This document shows, piece by piece, positions 1 to 9,925 of a stretch of DNA of 53,072 bases; position 1 is the first letter of the stretch, and each line of letters starts with the position of its first letter. The stretch is from a virus (lineage: Duplodnaviria > Caudoviricetes). The translations under genes were made by a program, and so were the position numbers. A model generated the notes under the pieces. That model was not told where the DNA came from, ran no database searches, and worked only from the letters and a program-made list of their open reading frames with translations. The DNA is taken from positions 1-53,072 of IMG/VR virus record IMGVR_UViG_3300007535_000007; one strand, 5' to 3'.

Positions 1-152
1 CTATTAGCGTTTCGAAGATCCGAAAGTTCGGCTGCCTGCTCCTGCATTTTTTCCTGGGTGTGATTATAATAAAGATAAAACAAGCCGCCCATTGCAAGAA
101 TAATTACACTGGCGCCGGCGGCAACCTTACCAGTCAAACCAAAACTAAGCAT
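1..152 (-). CDS. Partial ORF with N-terminal TM helix followed by coiled coil, possible i-spanin (Rz-like)
   Basis: Manual translation MLSFGLTGKVAAGASVIILAMGGLFYLYYNHTQEKMQEQAAEL...; runs off the window edge. Confidence 0.45.
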   Translation of the reverse strand, partial: MLSFGLTGKVAAGASVIILAMGGLFYLYYNHTQEKMQEQAAELSDLRNAN

Positions 153-877
153 TACTTTCTCCCTACGACAACCGACCTATTGTCGTCATTGTGTGTGATG
201 AAATAGTATCTGTCAATAGCAGAAACATCCCATCCTTCACCGAGCATAGAACGAAGAATAGTCAAGGCGGATGACGTAGCCATCACATCAAGGTACGATT
301 CTGTAAGCTGCAATTTTTCAGTAAGCTCTTCAGCATCTCCGAAATCTATAAAATCGAGAATAACCTTTTGCCCAGATCGTTCGAACGTAATCACACCTTC
401 TTCAATTGTTAGCCCGGACAGGTCGCTATTTTGAAAATATTCTTCGGTGGTGAGACTAAATTCGGACCGCGGAACATAATTTTCTTGTCTTGTAATAACA
501 AGCTCTTGAACTTCTTTAGATTTGAGAGGATATTTCTTATCAGACAGATATGGCTTAACACGCCAATCCATCTCACCGGTGACTCTTTCAACATCGTCGA
601 CCAGCTTATAAAGTCTTGTCCAGAAATTAGGTTGGCGCTTAAACTCTACAAAAACAACATAGTTGCCATGACGATCGGGATTAGGGCTTACTTCACTATC
701 TAAAAACTCGACAACGCCTTTATCGATAAAATCGTCGAGATCATAAGCAGGAAGTTCGTCGCGACAATAAAAAGCCACAACAATTACTTCTTCCACAGTA
801 CCAATCTTAGGTTCAAACTCATCAATACTGATAAGCGGAAGTACCAAGTTCTTCAGATCTTTATTTTTAATGCCCAT
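152..877 (-). CDS. Hypothetical phage protein
   Basis: 241-aa ORF in tight operon with neighbours. Confidence 0.75.
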   Translation of the reverse strand: MGIKNKDLKNLVLPLISIDEFEPKIGTVEEVIVVAFYCRDELPAYDLDDFIDKGVVEFLDSEVSPNPDRHGNYVVFVEFKRQPNFWTRLYKLVDDVERVTGEMDWRVKPYLSDKKYPLKSKEVQELVITRQENYVPRSEFSLTTEEYFQNSDLSGLTIEEGVITFERSGQKVILDFIDFGDAEELTEKLQLTESYLDVMATSSALTILRSMLGEGWDVSAIDRYYFITHNDDNRSVVVGRK

Positions 878-880
878 AGT

Positions 881-1456
881 TTATAGCATTCCTTCATTAT
901 TTTCTTCGTCGTCGGTACCAAGATCTTCGCCGCCGGCGTCCTCATCTTCAGTTTCTTCTACTCCGGTCATTTCCGAATCCCAAGCCGCAGTAATATCCTC
1001 GATATCAACTTCTTCATCTTCAAATTCTAGAATGCCATCATAGGCATCGTCGATGAATTTACGTGGCATGTTGATTGTTACCAACCAGACTGGTATACGC
1101 TTATGCTTTGCTTTCTTTGGTTGTGAAGTCTCATCGCCCTCAGTCTGAGATGGGTCGAGAACACGCTGGGTCTCAATGAACACATCTTCTCCAAAGTATA
1201 CCTTACAGCCGTATTTGACAAGACGAAGAGCACCTTGAGGGTCTGGCATGTTCTTTTTCGGATACATCCACGTTGTCTTGAACCAATATCTATCAATATC
1301 TGGACCTTCGACCAATTCTCCAGTTATCCAATTTTCGTAGGCATAAAGACTAACATGGTCCAGAATTTTTTCAAACTCTAATAGCATATCAAGAGCAGTG
1401 GTTTTTCCACTGATTCTGCGTATCAAAGCAAGGACATCATTTACACGTTTTGGCAT
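881..1456 (-). CDS. Hypothetical phage protein with acidic tail
   Basis: 191-aa ORF, GGAG SD and GATAAATA late-type promoter upstream. Confidence 0.75.
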   Translation of the reverse strand: MPKRVNDVLALIRRISGKTTALDMLLEFEKILDHVSLYAYENWITGELVEGPDIDRYWFKTTWMYPKKNMPDPQGALRLVKYGCKVYFGEDVFIETQRVLDPSQTEGDETSQPKKAKHKRIPVWLVTINMPRKFIDDAYDGILEFEDEEVDIEDITAAWDSEMTGVEETEDEDAGGEDLGTDDEENNEGML

Positions 1457-1521
1457 GGGTTACTCCATCTTTATACTATTTATCTAAGATGATGTAATTT
1501 ATAGATTATCTTCTTTCGGTA

Positions 1522-3069
1522 CTACTTGGTACCGCGGATTACGGCGCCCGCGCCGGGGTAATCGTCCGTAACGTCGGAAACTTCATCAGCCCAACCTGGG
1601 GCCGTACCTACAGTAATATCACCTATTTGATTCATTGCGACCGACCAACCAAATGTTCGACCACTGTCATACTCAAATACATAAGTTGCTCCGTCTCGTG
1701 CTTCGATAGGATTAGGAATTACCTCTGTTTCCGTCCATGTACCACCTATATTCTTAATAATATATAACACCCCTCGAACAGATCCCGATACTCCGGGTTG
1801 CGGATCAACAGGGTCGGTTTTGTTTGCATAGGCGATGACTTCACCAGATCCACATATGGCGCAACCATGGTATTCGCCATTGGTCTCACTAGCTATTGTG
1901 GTCCTTGTAAATGTGCCATTGTCATTATCTTCCCATACATAAACTGCTGGAGTTCCCGCAGCCCATTTAGTTCCGACAATTGTTCTTCCATCGTCGCTAA
2001 TAGCAACATCAACATATTGCCAATATCCACCAGGAAATGGAAGTTGCGCATATCTTTCCATTTTTTCTGTCCCCGCATTCCAACGATAAACAATAAACGT
2101 GGTCTGATTACTAATCTCATCTGTGTCAATAAACCAGAGAGCCGTTACCAGTGTGTCACCATCACGAGATATTGCCATCGTATGACCTTCACCGAACGCA
2201 TCAGTCTGGGTGGGTAGGGCAGTATTATTTAATACCTGTACATGCGTCCAGGTTCCTGCAACATTTTTAAATGAGTGAACGAATCCCTGTGTCACAACCG
2301 ATGCTTGATACGGTTCATTAGGTGAGCCTATAAATAGGAATGATCCTGGGCCGCCATCTCCACGAAGTGCTACCGAATGTCCGAATCCTTCATTATTTGA
2401 GCCGGCATCTGCCCAACCAACGCCGCCGTTAACCGGTTCCGTGGCGGCGGTTGTAATCTTGCCAACCTGCACATAGTTATCCCCCACCTTTTCAAAAAGG
2501 AAAACGGCACCGCTGGTAATTCCGGTTTCTACGAAATCCGGAGCACCAACCGCAATAAATGTCCCATTAGAGTTGGGTGCGAGCAGACGTGTGTGATACT
2601 GAACGAAATTGGAGCCTCCTCCATACCGCACACCGCCAAAGTTTGCGTCTTTTGTTCCTTGGGTAACGTCTACATGCGAGAATGTTGTAAGAAGTGTATA
2701 TTCATCGTTGGCTCGTTGCCATACGGTAACGTGCCCGTCGTAATTGGTCCCGGGAGCCGGTGTTGGGTCATTATCCACAGCACTACCATCTGGCACACCG
2801 ACGAACAACAAACTACCGTCGTCTGTCATTGCGGTTGTCCACCCTGATGAATTTCCAAAATTAGCATCCAGAGGATGTTGTTCAAAGTATATACTACTCT
2901 CTGCGTCCCATGTGGTAAGGTCACCGCACCCAATGCTTTCTTCTGGTGTTTTAATACCTAATATAGGTTGTCGGAATGGTTCTGGCTCTATTGCGCCTGT
3001 ACTTGTTGTTATTTTTCCAGTACGATCATCAATAATGATTCGAACCCCAGGGGAGTTTAATTTTTTCAT
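1522..3069 (-). CDS. FG-GAP-like beta-propeller protein, probably virion-associated
   Basis: Repeated FG-x-S-V-A, VGAP/IGSP and GAVFLF motifs; GATAAATA upstream. Confidence 0.7.
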   Translation of the reverse strand: MKKLNSPGVRIIIDDRTGKITTSTGAIEPEPFRQPILGIKTPEESIGCGDLTTWDAESSIYFEQHPLDANFGNSSGWTTAMTDDGSLLFVGVPDGSAVDNDPTPAPGTNYDGHVTVWQRANDEYTLLTTFSHVDVTQGTKDANFGGVRYGGGSNFVQYHTRLLAPNSNGTFIAVGAPDFVETGITSGAVFLFEKVGDNYVQVGKITTAATEPVNGGVGWADAGSNNEGFGHSVALRGDGGPGSFLFIGSPNEPYQASVVTQGFVHSFKNVAGTWTHVQVLNNTALPTQTDAFGEGHTMAISRDGDTLVTALWFIDTDEISNQTTFIVYRWNAGTEKMERYAQLPFPGGYWQYVDVAISDDGRTIVGTKWAAGTPAVYVWEDNDNGTFTRTTIASETNGEYHGCAICGSGEVIAYANKTDPVDPQPGVSGSVRGVLYIIKNIGGTWTETEVIPNPIEARDGATYVFEYDSGRTFGWSVAMNQIGDITVGTAPGWADEVSDVTDDYPGAGAVIRGTK

Positions 3070-3151
3070 TTCTAGTCTTTCCTATCTCTCTCTTATTTAT
3101 CTTAGATAATGAAATTTATAGACTACTCCAAAGAAGAGGATAAATAATGTT

Positions 3152-3844
3152 ATGCTTAAATCCTATGTTACAACAGATTGGACTAAGGAAGTTTTGAAAG
3201 AAATGTCCGACAAAAACACCCTTCCAATTGACCATGTAAATTATCTAGCATATTTGGCCAACAATAATATAAAACCTAATGTAATTTATGACATAGGATC
3301 AGCGGTCAAACATTGGACTAATGTCGCTCGACAAATATGGCCAACGGCTCAATATTACTTATTCGAAGGCACACGGGCAATGGAATGTCTTTATGAGAAC
3401 GAGAATTATAATATAGATGTGTTGTCTAATGAAGAAAAAATTGTTGACTTTTACGAACACCCATATAATCCTGGAGGTAATTCTTTATATAAAGAAAATG
3501 TCGAGTATTGTATCATTACCAATGAAATTTATACACCGGCTTATACCTTTCAAAGGCATACAAAAAGACTAGATCGAGTAGTTGCAGAGCGCATGTTTCC
3601 TACTCCCGACTTTATGAAGATTGATGTGCAAGGCGCAGAACTGGAGATACTAAGGGGAGCAGGTGACCTTTTAAAGACCCTAGATCATCTTATCGTTGAG
3701 ATATCGAAAGTGGAATATAATTTAGGTTCTCCGAAACCTGAAACAGTAATAGCAGGTTTAGAAGAATTGGGATTTGTTCCGAAAAAAATGTTCTTCGCCG
3801 AGAATGAGATTGATGGCGATTGCCACTTCGTTCGAAAGACCTAG
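3152..3844 (+). CDS. FkbM-family SAM-dependent methyltransferase
   Basis: IYDIGS motif and DFMKIDVQGAELEILRGA motif. Confidence 0.85.
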   Translation: MLKSYVTTDWTKEVLKEMSDKNTLPIDHVNYLAYLANNNIKPNVIYDIGSAVKHWTNVARQIWPTAQYYLFEGTRAMECLYENENYNIDVLSNEEKIVDFYEHPYNPGGNSLYKENVEYCIITNEIYTPAYTFQRHTKRLDRVVAERMFPTPDFMKIDVQGAELEILRGAGDLLKTLDHLIVEISKVEYNLGSPKPETVIAGLEELGFVPKKMFFAENEIDGDCHFVRKT

Positions 3845-4701
3845 CCCTTATCAGTCCATTTGTCTTTAAGATAGGAAACGAACTCTTCAATATGCTTTAG
3901 CTTCTCTTTGCGCATGATCTTAATAATGTGGGCTACGCCTGTCTCGGGCTGTGTTTTATTATTATGAATATCGTTAGCAAGTCGTTTCCAAGAATCGCCA
4001 CGGTAGTCTTGATGCACAATCAAATCTCTAGTCTGTTTGGCCTCCTTACTGAGCTGTGATAGATCATCCTTGTAATACAGCTCTAGCCACGGTCGCAGCC
4101 ATCTTTTCCTATCCGTCAGATACGGTCGAGAAACCGCCGTAGATTTTGCCTGCATCGTATACGCCGAGAGCGGTTCCGCCTTCTTCTTATTCTGTAGCAG
4201 CCACGCCTTATAGTCAGTGTAGAAATAGAACGGTATCCCGCGTGCCTTACATGCCAATGCTAGTTTACGATAACGGACCGCTCGCGGCCCTTCTGGATTA
4301 GATTGAGAGAAGCGGTCCGTGTGAAAAGTGTGGACCTCTTTGATATAACGGCTCGCTGGCTCGATATATGGCGTCTCAGAATAGATGCGGTCCTCAGCCT
4401 CGTAGGAATCATGCCCCCACTGCCAGTAATCTACCGCCTTGCCAGAATAGGTGTGGGAAAGCGCCTGACCATCGAGGACGAAGACCGTGCCTTCCATCGT
4501 CATCTTCTCCGTATATTTTCCCACCTTGCTTCTCGTCACCGAAAAGAAATAGGGCTTGGTCTGCATCGTGCGCTCATGATCTGTGCCGACAGAGGTTGCG
4601 AGCTTGAAGCGGTTCTGCTTCACTATCTCCAGCGCCGCGAAGGTGCTCGTGGCATGATACACCTCGCTAGTAATGCCTTCAAATAATTCATTTGCTTTCA
4701 C
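3841..4701 (-). CDS. Putative packaged head protein with ADP-ribosyltransferase-like motifs
   Basis: GTG start 5 nt after GATAAATA gives MKANELFEG; YHAT, FSVTRS and EAEDRI motifs. Confidence 0.5.
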   Translation of the reverse strand: MKANELFEGITSEVYHATSTFAALEIVKQNRFKLATSVGTDHERTMQTKPYFFSVTRSKVGKYTEKMTMEGTVFVLDGQALSHTYSGKAVDYWQWGHDSYEAEDRIYSETPYIEPASRYIKEVHTFHTDRFSQSNPEGPRAVRYRKLALACKARGIPFYFYTDYKAWLLQNKKKAEPLSAYTMQAKSTAVSRPYLTDRKRWLRPWLELYYKDDLSQLSKEAKQTRDLIVHQDYRGDSWKRLANDIHNNKTQPETGVAHIIKIMRKEKLKHIEEFVSYLKDKWTDKG

Positions 4702-4887
4702 AATAGTATTTATCATGGAGAGTTATCAATGCTGTTATCTATATTTCTTGAATATACTAAATATCTTTGTATATGGAAAAAGAATTTCTCGCTCATATAC
4801 GAAGGGTAACTGTAATCCTTATGCGACTGCATAGTTCGGGTTCAGTAATACATTTATCTAAAAACCACAACCTTAAAGGGAATATAA

Positions 4888-5613
4888 ATGGCACGAGTAA
4901 ATAAGAAGCGTGGTGCTTCACCACGAATTGTTCATATTCAAGAGTCCACACCTCAAACAGATAGAAAAACAAAGGTGGAACTTATTCCAAGAAATGTATC
5001 TCAAGAAGAGTATGTTACTAATCTATATAATTTTAATAAAAGGATTGTCTTTGCAATAGGCCCAGCTGGAACAGGTAAGACCTACCTTGCAGTCCAAAAA
5101 GCAATTCAAGATTATAAGAATAAACGAATCAATAAGATTGTGATTACTCGTCCGGCGGTTTCAAATGGAGAAAGCCACGGTTACTTACCTGGAGACTTGA
5201 ACCAGAAAATGGAACCCTGGACCCGCCCAGTGTTCGATGTCTTTGAAGAATACTACAGCCCTAAAGAAGTAAAACAGATGCTAGACGAGGGCATTATTGA
5301 GATTGCCCCGCTTGCGTATATGCGTGGTAGAACCTTCAAAAATTGTATGGTAATCTTAGACGAAAGCCAAAATACAACACCTGCTCAAATGAAAATGGTG
5401 CTAACAAGAATAGGCGAAGGTAGTCGTCTGCTTGTCACTGGCGACCTTCGCCAGTCCGACTACAAGGATAGCAAGAACGGACTATATGATTTCTTTATGC
5501 GAATGGAACAATCGACCTCTGATATGATTGCTGTTACAAGGTTTAGCACCAATGACATTGAGCGAGATGAGATTGTGACCGAAGTGTTGCGGTTGTATGG
5601 TGAGGATGATTAG
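4888..5613 (+). CDS. phoH: PhoH-family ATPase
   Basis: GPAGTGKT Walker A, GYLPGDL, YMRGRTF, ILDESQN, GDLRQSD. Confidence 0.95.
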   Translation: MARVNKKRGASPRIVHIQESTPQTDRKTKVELIPRNVSQEEYVTNLYNFNKRIVFAIGPAGTGKTYLAVQKAIQDYKNKRINKIVITRPAVSNGESHGYLPGDLNQKMEPWTRPVFDVFEEYYSPKEVKQMLDEGIIEIAPLAYMRGRTFKNCMVILDESQNTTPAQMKMVLTRIGEGSRLLVTGDLRQSDYKDSKNGLYDFFMRMEQSTSDMIAVTRFSTNDIERDEIVTEVLRLYGEDD

Positions 5614-5942
5614 AAGTTAGAAGGATAACGCCAACTTTTGTTCCAATCAAACTGAATTGTTTCTCCACATAGTTGGCAAGGCATTGTGTTAGGTGGGAAT
5701 ACGAGTCTGCGTGTGTTCATTTCGACTTCGTGTAGGCCATGATGCGATTTTTCGCATCTCCCGTCGAGAATGACAAAGATATTCTCATTGAGCCCTATAC
5801 GATAGTCGTCATCACCGTGCTTCACTATCCAGGCGATGTCTTCATTGGCTTCATCACCAAGATCGGCGTGTTCAAGAATATACCTAGCACGAGCATGTGG
5901 CCCAGCCAACTCAAAGAGAAATTTTTGTTTATCATTCGGCAT
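5610..5942 (-). CDS. Hypothetical protein, possible Zn-binding
   Basis: 110-aa ORF with CQLCG; KQKFLFELAG motif. Confidence 0.6.
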   Translation of the reverse strand: MPNDKQKFLFELAGPHARARYILEHADLGDEANEDIAWIVKHGDDDYRIGLNENIFVILDGRCEKSHHGLHEVEMNTRRLVFPPNTMPCQLCGETIQFDWNKSWRYPSNF

Positions 5943-5944
5943 AG

Positions 5945-7063
5945 TTATTGGTTAGTTTCATAAACTGACAAAGATTCATTTGTCTGGCGGTGTGTCATTA
6001 TAAAAGTTGTGCGCCTTGATAGCTCTTTCAGCTTGCGACTCCCAGTATAGGTGCATGCCGACCTTACGCCGCCGAGAATATCCTGCAGGGTACCGGCGAC
6101 TGGACCACGATAAGGAACAAGAACTCGCTTACCTTCACTGGCACGATACTCTGCGAGCTCGCCGCTGTGTTTTTCCTGGGCGATCTTCGATGACATGCCG
6201 TAGAATTCCATATACTTCCGCTCCGCGTCTAGTGTGTCGAGAGCAACCCCGTTATTACGAATAACCTCAGATGTCTTATGCCACTCGCTAATAATCTCAC
6301 CACCGCACTCGTCATGTCCAGCCAACATGCCACCGAGCATGACGAAGTCGGCACCAGCACCAAACGCTTTCGCAACGTCGCCGGGGTTGGTGCAACCACC
6401 ATCAGCGATGATGTGACCGCCCAGCCCGTGTGCTGCATCCGCACATTCGATCACCGCCGATAGCTGCGGGTAACCCACACCAGCCTTCTTGCGGGTAGTA
6501 CAAACGCTTCCAGGACCAATCCCAATCTTAATCATATCTGCACCAGCTAGTATCAGCGCCTCGGTCATGTCTGCTGTCACTACGTTGCCTGCAATAAGGA
6601 CTCGATCCACTCCAATTATTTCTCGAAGCTTTTTTACAGATTCTACGAAATTTTCTGTATAACCGTTCGCCACATCGAGACATACATAAGAGACGATCGG
6701 GACGCGATCTAGAATCTTCTGAAGGTTTTCAAAGTCAGATTTAGAGGATCCAGTTGATACGGCAACATCTCCAATCCAATCCGTTGCCGTAAATCCGTTT
6801 GTTGCATTTCCCCATTCCTCTACTGAATAATGTTTATGTATGCAGGTAAACATGCGGTTCTTATGTAATGCCTTTGCCATTTCAAACGTGCCGACGGTGT
6901 CCATGTTTGCTGCCATGATAGGGATTCCGTTGTAGACGGTTGTTGAATGTCGAAATCGAAATTCGCGAAACAGATCAACTTCCTTACGAGATACTAATGT
7001 GCTGCGCTTTGGACGAATGAGCACATCAGTATAATCTAGTTTTGGGTCGTTGTCAATTCGCAT
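5945..7063 (-). CDS. guaC: GMP reductase
   Basis: [21 protein letters not shown] start, [11 protein letters not shown] catalytic loop, YRASEGK; start moved to 7063 after GGAGGA SD. Confidence 0.95.
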   Translation of the reverse strand: MRIDNDPKLDYTDVLIRPKRSTLVSRKEVDLFREFRFRHSTTVYNGIPIMAANMDTVGTFEMAKALHKNRMFTCIHKHYSVEEWGNATNGFTATDWIGDVAVSTGSSKSDFENLQKILDRVPIVSYVCLDVANGYTENFVESVKKLREIIGVDRVLIAGNVVTADMTEALILAGADMIKIGIGPGSVCTTRKKAGVGYPQLSAVIECADAAHGLGGHIIADGGCTNPGDVAKAFGAGADFVMLGGMLAGHDECGGEIISEWHKTSEVIRNNGVALDTLDAERKYMEFYGMSSKIAQEKHSGELAEYRASEGKRVLVPYRGPVAGTLQDILGGVRSACTYTGSRKLKELSRRTTFIMTHRQTNESLSVYETNQ

Positions 7064-7449
7064 TGTTCCTCCTGAATCTTCTGCCAAAATTCCTGCCATG
7101 ATGATATGTAATAGCTATTTCCTACCAACAACGAAGTGTATAGGCTTTGACCATAATATGTCAATGGGGTAGGTAGCGTATATTGTATTTTAGAAAGGTC
7201 ATTGCTGATTGCATCGTCATGTTCGATGAGTCGAGAATGAATATAAATAGATCTGCCGCCGTCGGCATAAATCGCTTGAGCATTATAGACGAGCGTCTTA
7301 CCAATGGCTTCGAATAGGTTATCGAAATCGAGTTGTGTAATCAAATAATAACTTGCGTGTTTAGACCATCCACACATCCAATCATAGAATTTTTGATTCA
7401 TTTGACCATTTGTAATAAGAGCAACATCAGCATCAATCAGATAGTTCAT
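7036..7449 (-). CDS. Degenerate HAD/phosphomannomutase-like protein
   Basis: YLIDAD N-terminal DxD-like motif, YLIT; short. Confidence 0.4.
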   Translation of the reverse strand: MNYLIDADVALITNGQMNQKFYDWMCGWSKHASYYLITQLDFDNLFEAIGKTLVYNAQAIYADGGRSIYIHSRLIEHDDAISNDLSKIQYTLPTPLTYYGQSLYTSLLVGNSYYISSWQEFWQKIQEEQCELTTTQN

Positions 7450-8047
7450 ATGCCTCCATTATCAATTCATAAATTTCTTCCCACGGAGATTCTTCGCTCA
7501 CTCGCGCATAAATCTCTTCTTCAATAGTAGGACCCACATGCGTATTATGTGCCGCGGTCACGAGAACTGATCGAAGACCGAGATTAGCACCATCCAACGC
7601 ATTGCGCACATGGTCTTCGATCCAGAAGAGATCGCTGCCTTCCCATCGCTTTAATGTTTTCGCTTTTGATGCCCCTGTATCAAGACAGATTAGCTCCTCA
7701 ATGGCGTCGCCAAAAAGATTTTCAAGATTCTTTTTGCGGAATTCATAGGCATCGGGGTGATCACTAAGACTAGTGATAGCAATAAATCGAAATCCCTGAG
7801 ATTGTAGCTTAGAGACATATTTTCGAGAATCGGCCAAAGGCTTTAAACGAGCAATGGCATCGGAACTGTTGAACTCTTTGGCAACTCGATAAACTTCGAG
7901 TTGATCAATATGATGTCTTAGAGCAAGTTCATACATGTGACCATTGTCTGGGTCAGCATAGTAACCGGCTTTAGACATAAACGTATCGAAGCCGGTGAGC
8001 CAATCTAAGAGCACACCATCGCAATCAGTTAGAATCAGTTTCTGCAT
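7433..8047 (-). CDS. HAD-superfamily phosphatase (T4 gp30.2-like)
   Basis: ILTDCDGVLLDW, ITS, WIEDH motifs. Confidence 0.8.
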   Translation of the reverse strand: MQKLILTDCDGVLLDWLTGFDTFMSKAGYYADPDNGHMYELALRHHIDQLEVYRVAKEFNSSDAIARLKPLADSRKYVSKLQSQGFRFIAITSLSDHPDAYEFRKKNLENLFGDAIEELICLDTGASKAKTLKRWEGSDLFWIEDHVRNALDGANLGLRSVLVTAAHNTHVGPTIEEEIYARVSEESPWEEIYELIMEAYELSD

Positions 8048-8387
8048 CTTCTTCGCTGCTCTCCTCAACTGTCTCTTCTTCTTTCTTTTTGCTAATCATT
8101 TTCTCAGGAACCTCAGCCCCAACTAGATCAAGAAACTGTCTATACTTTAGGCTATACCCTTTGATAATATGATCTTCTAAATTATCAAATGTTGCGCCAC
8201 TATCCTTCACACGATTCTTCAGAAGCTTGCGTGACTTGACATCCATGATGGCAGTAGAATTACTGTAGTGTTTGTTCTTCAAAGAGTTTACAAACTCTAC
8301 CATCTCATGCACCTGAAACTTTCCTTTATGTTGGCCCTCATTCACCATAACGTGCGTGTGTGATATGACCACAAATGCTCCTCTCAT
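8025..8387 (-). CDS. Hypothetical protein
   Basis: 120-aa ORF coupled to neighbours. Confidence 0.65.
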   Translation of the reverse strand: MRGAFVVISHTHVMVNEGQHKGKFQVHEMVEFVNSLKNKHYSNSTAIMDVKSRKLLKNRVKDSGATFDNLEDHIIKGYSLKYRQFLDLVGAEVPEKMISKKKEEETVEESSEEDAETDSN

Positions 8388-8608
8388 TCTTTTTCTCCTT
8401 TTTCGTCTAATACGATTGTGATTTGTATTCCGTCGTTACAGGTTACTTCTAGCCTGTCTGTAATCTTTTTAAGCTTCTCAAGACCGTCAAATGTTTCACA
8501 CTTTTCTTCTGCCTTGACAATCTCTTCCTTGTAGAGAGTAGGGTGAGGTGTTGTGAAAATTAGAAACAGAATAATCATCCACATCACTAATAATAAAAAT
8601 ATATTCAT
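8384..8608 (-). CDS. Small membrane-anchored protein
   Basis: Hydrophobic N-terminus MNIFLLLVMWMIILFLIF; two Cys. Confidence 0.55.
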   Translation of the reverse strand: MNIFLLLVMWMIILFLIFTTPHPTLYKEEIVKAEEKCETFDGLEKLKKITDRLEVTCNDGIQITIVLDEKGEKE

Positions 8609-8609
8609 T

Positions 8610-8852
8610 CTACACCCGCTCGTATGTTGATTCAAAAATGTCCGGCTTGCAAGGATGTAATTCACCTTGCATACCAGCAATAATATAGTCGTCTTTGTCT
8701 GCTCTCATAACGCCGTCTAGTGTGCGAATATAGATTGCACCATTGAGAATTTCAATGTCACCATTTCGTCCCTTGCAGAACAGAATAATCTCCGTAGGGT
8801 TGTTACCTGTCCACCGAACAGCTTCTACCACACCCTTTTTCCTATACTTCAT
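8610..8852 (-). CDS. Conserved phage protein (PGDYG-like family)
   Basis: KYRKKGVVEAVRWTG...TLDGVMRA..DDYII...GELHPCKPDIFESTYE; GGAGG SD. Confidence 0.8.
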   Translation of the reverse strand: MKYRKKGVVEAVRWTGNNPTEIILFCKGRNGDIEILNGAIYIRTLDGVMRADKDDYIIAGMQGELHPCKPDIFESTYERV

Positions 8853-8877
8853 ACACACCTCCAAGAATACTATAACA

Positions 8878-9528
8878 TCATTTCTCGCCCCAGTCAATGG
8901 GCGTTTCATTTTTCTGACGTAAAAAATCGTTCGTCTTGCTGAATGGACGACTACCGAAGAATCCACGGTAGGCGGAGAGTGGTGATGGGTGCGCAGCCTT
9001 TAAGACACAGTGGCGGGCGCTGTCTATCATCGTCTCATACCGCTGCGCCTTCTTGCCCCATAGGATGAAGACGATGCCGTCGCGGTCGTTTAGAGTTTCA
9101 ATCACCTCCTTCGTTAGCTCGTCCCACCCTAGATCAAGATGCGATCCAGATCTGCCTTCTATGACGGTAAGACAGGTGTTGAGGAGGAGGACGCCTTGTT
9201 CCGCCCAGTCAGTAAGGTCGCCGTTACTTCTAGTTACTCCGACGTCTGTTTCAAGTTCTATGAAAATGTTTTGTAGAGACTTAGGTAACGGCGACACGTT
9301 CTTTTCAACTGAGAAGGCTAATCCGTTCGCGTGTCCTTTTGTTGGATAAGGGTCTTGTCCTAAAATACAAACCTTTACATTGTTCAACGGCGTTTTATCA
9401 AAAGCGGACATAATATTACTTACCGCTGGTAAGATACTTTCACCATTATTCATGTCTTTCACGAGATGTTCGACGATATCCTTTTTATAGATATCACTCT
9501 TAAAGAATGGCAAGTCAGTCCAGTTCAA
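8878..9528 (-). CDS. ung: Uracil-DNA glycosylase (family 1)
   Basis: GQDPY, GLAFS, GVLLLN, HPSPLS motifs; TTG start. Confidence 0.95.
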   Translation of the reverse strand: MNWTDLPFFKSDIYKKDIVEHLVKDMNNGESILPAVSNIMSAFDKTPLNNVKVCILGQDPYPTKGHANGLAFSVEKNVSPLPKSLQNIFIELETDVGVTRSNGDLTDWAEQGVLLLNTCLTVIEGRSGSHLDLGWDELTKEVIETLNDRDGIVFILWGKKAQRYETMIDSARHCVLKAAHPSPLSAYRGFFGSRPFSKTNDFLRQKNETPIDWGEK

Positions 9529-9532
9529 AAGA

Positions 9533-9925
9533 TTAGTCCATTGACCATGCGCAATCTATCACTCGAAGATCATCTGGGTCAACTTCATAGTGATTATAAA
9601 ACACGGTGCTATAGTCTCGAAATTTCCACCCGTTTTCTTCTGTATAGCCCTCTGATATCAAATGTTGATAAACATCATCGGGCGTGACGTATGTTCTTCC
9701 TCCAAGAGATTGAATAAACGTCATCTTGTTTTTTAGATATTTACATGCCAATTCTTCTTGGAAAATCTGACAGAGCAAAGATAGTTTTTCATCTGATGAT
9801 AAACTGTCGACCTTGTCAAAAAGATCCGTTCTATCTTGAAACCCGGCTTTTTTCCAAGCTAGTTGAGTTCCGATAGCTTTCAGTTGACTGTCAGGAATAA
9901 AGCATTTCTTCTTGGTATTACTCAT
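9533..9925 (-). CDS. Hypothetical protein
   Basis: ORF coupled to clamp loader stop; contains KMTFIQSLGG. Confidence 0.6.
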   Translation of the reverse strand: MSNTKKKCFIPDSQLKAIGTQLAWKKAGFQDRTDLFDKVDSLSSDEKLSLLCQIFQEELACKYLKNKMTFIQSLGGRTYVTPDDVYQHLISEGYTEENGWKFRDYSTVFYNHYEVDPDDLRVIDCAWSMD

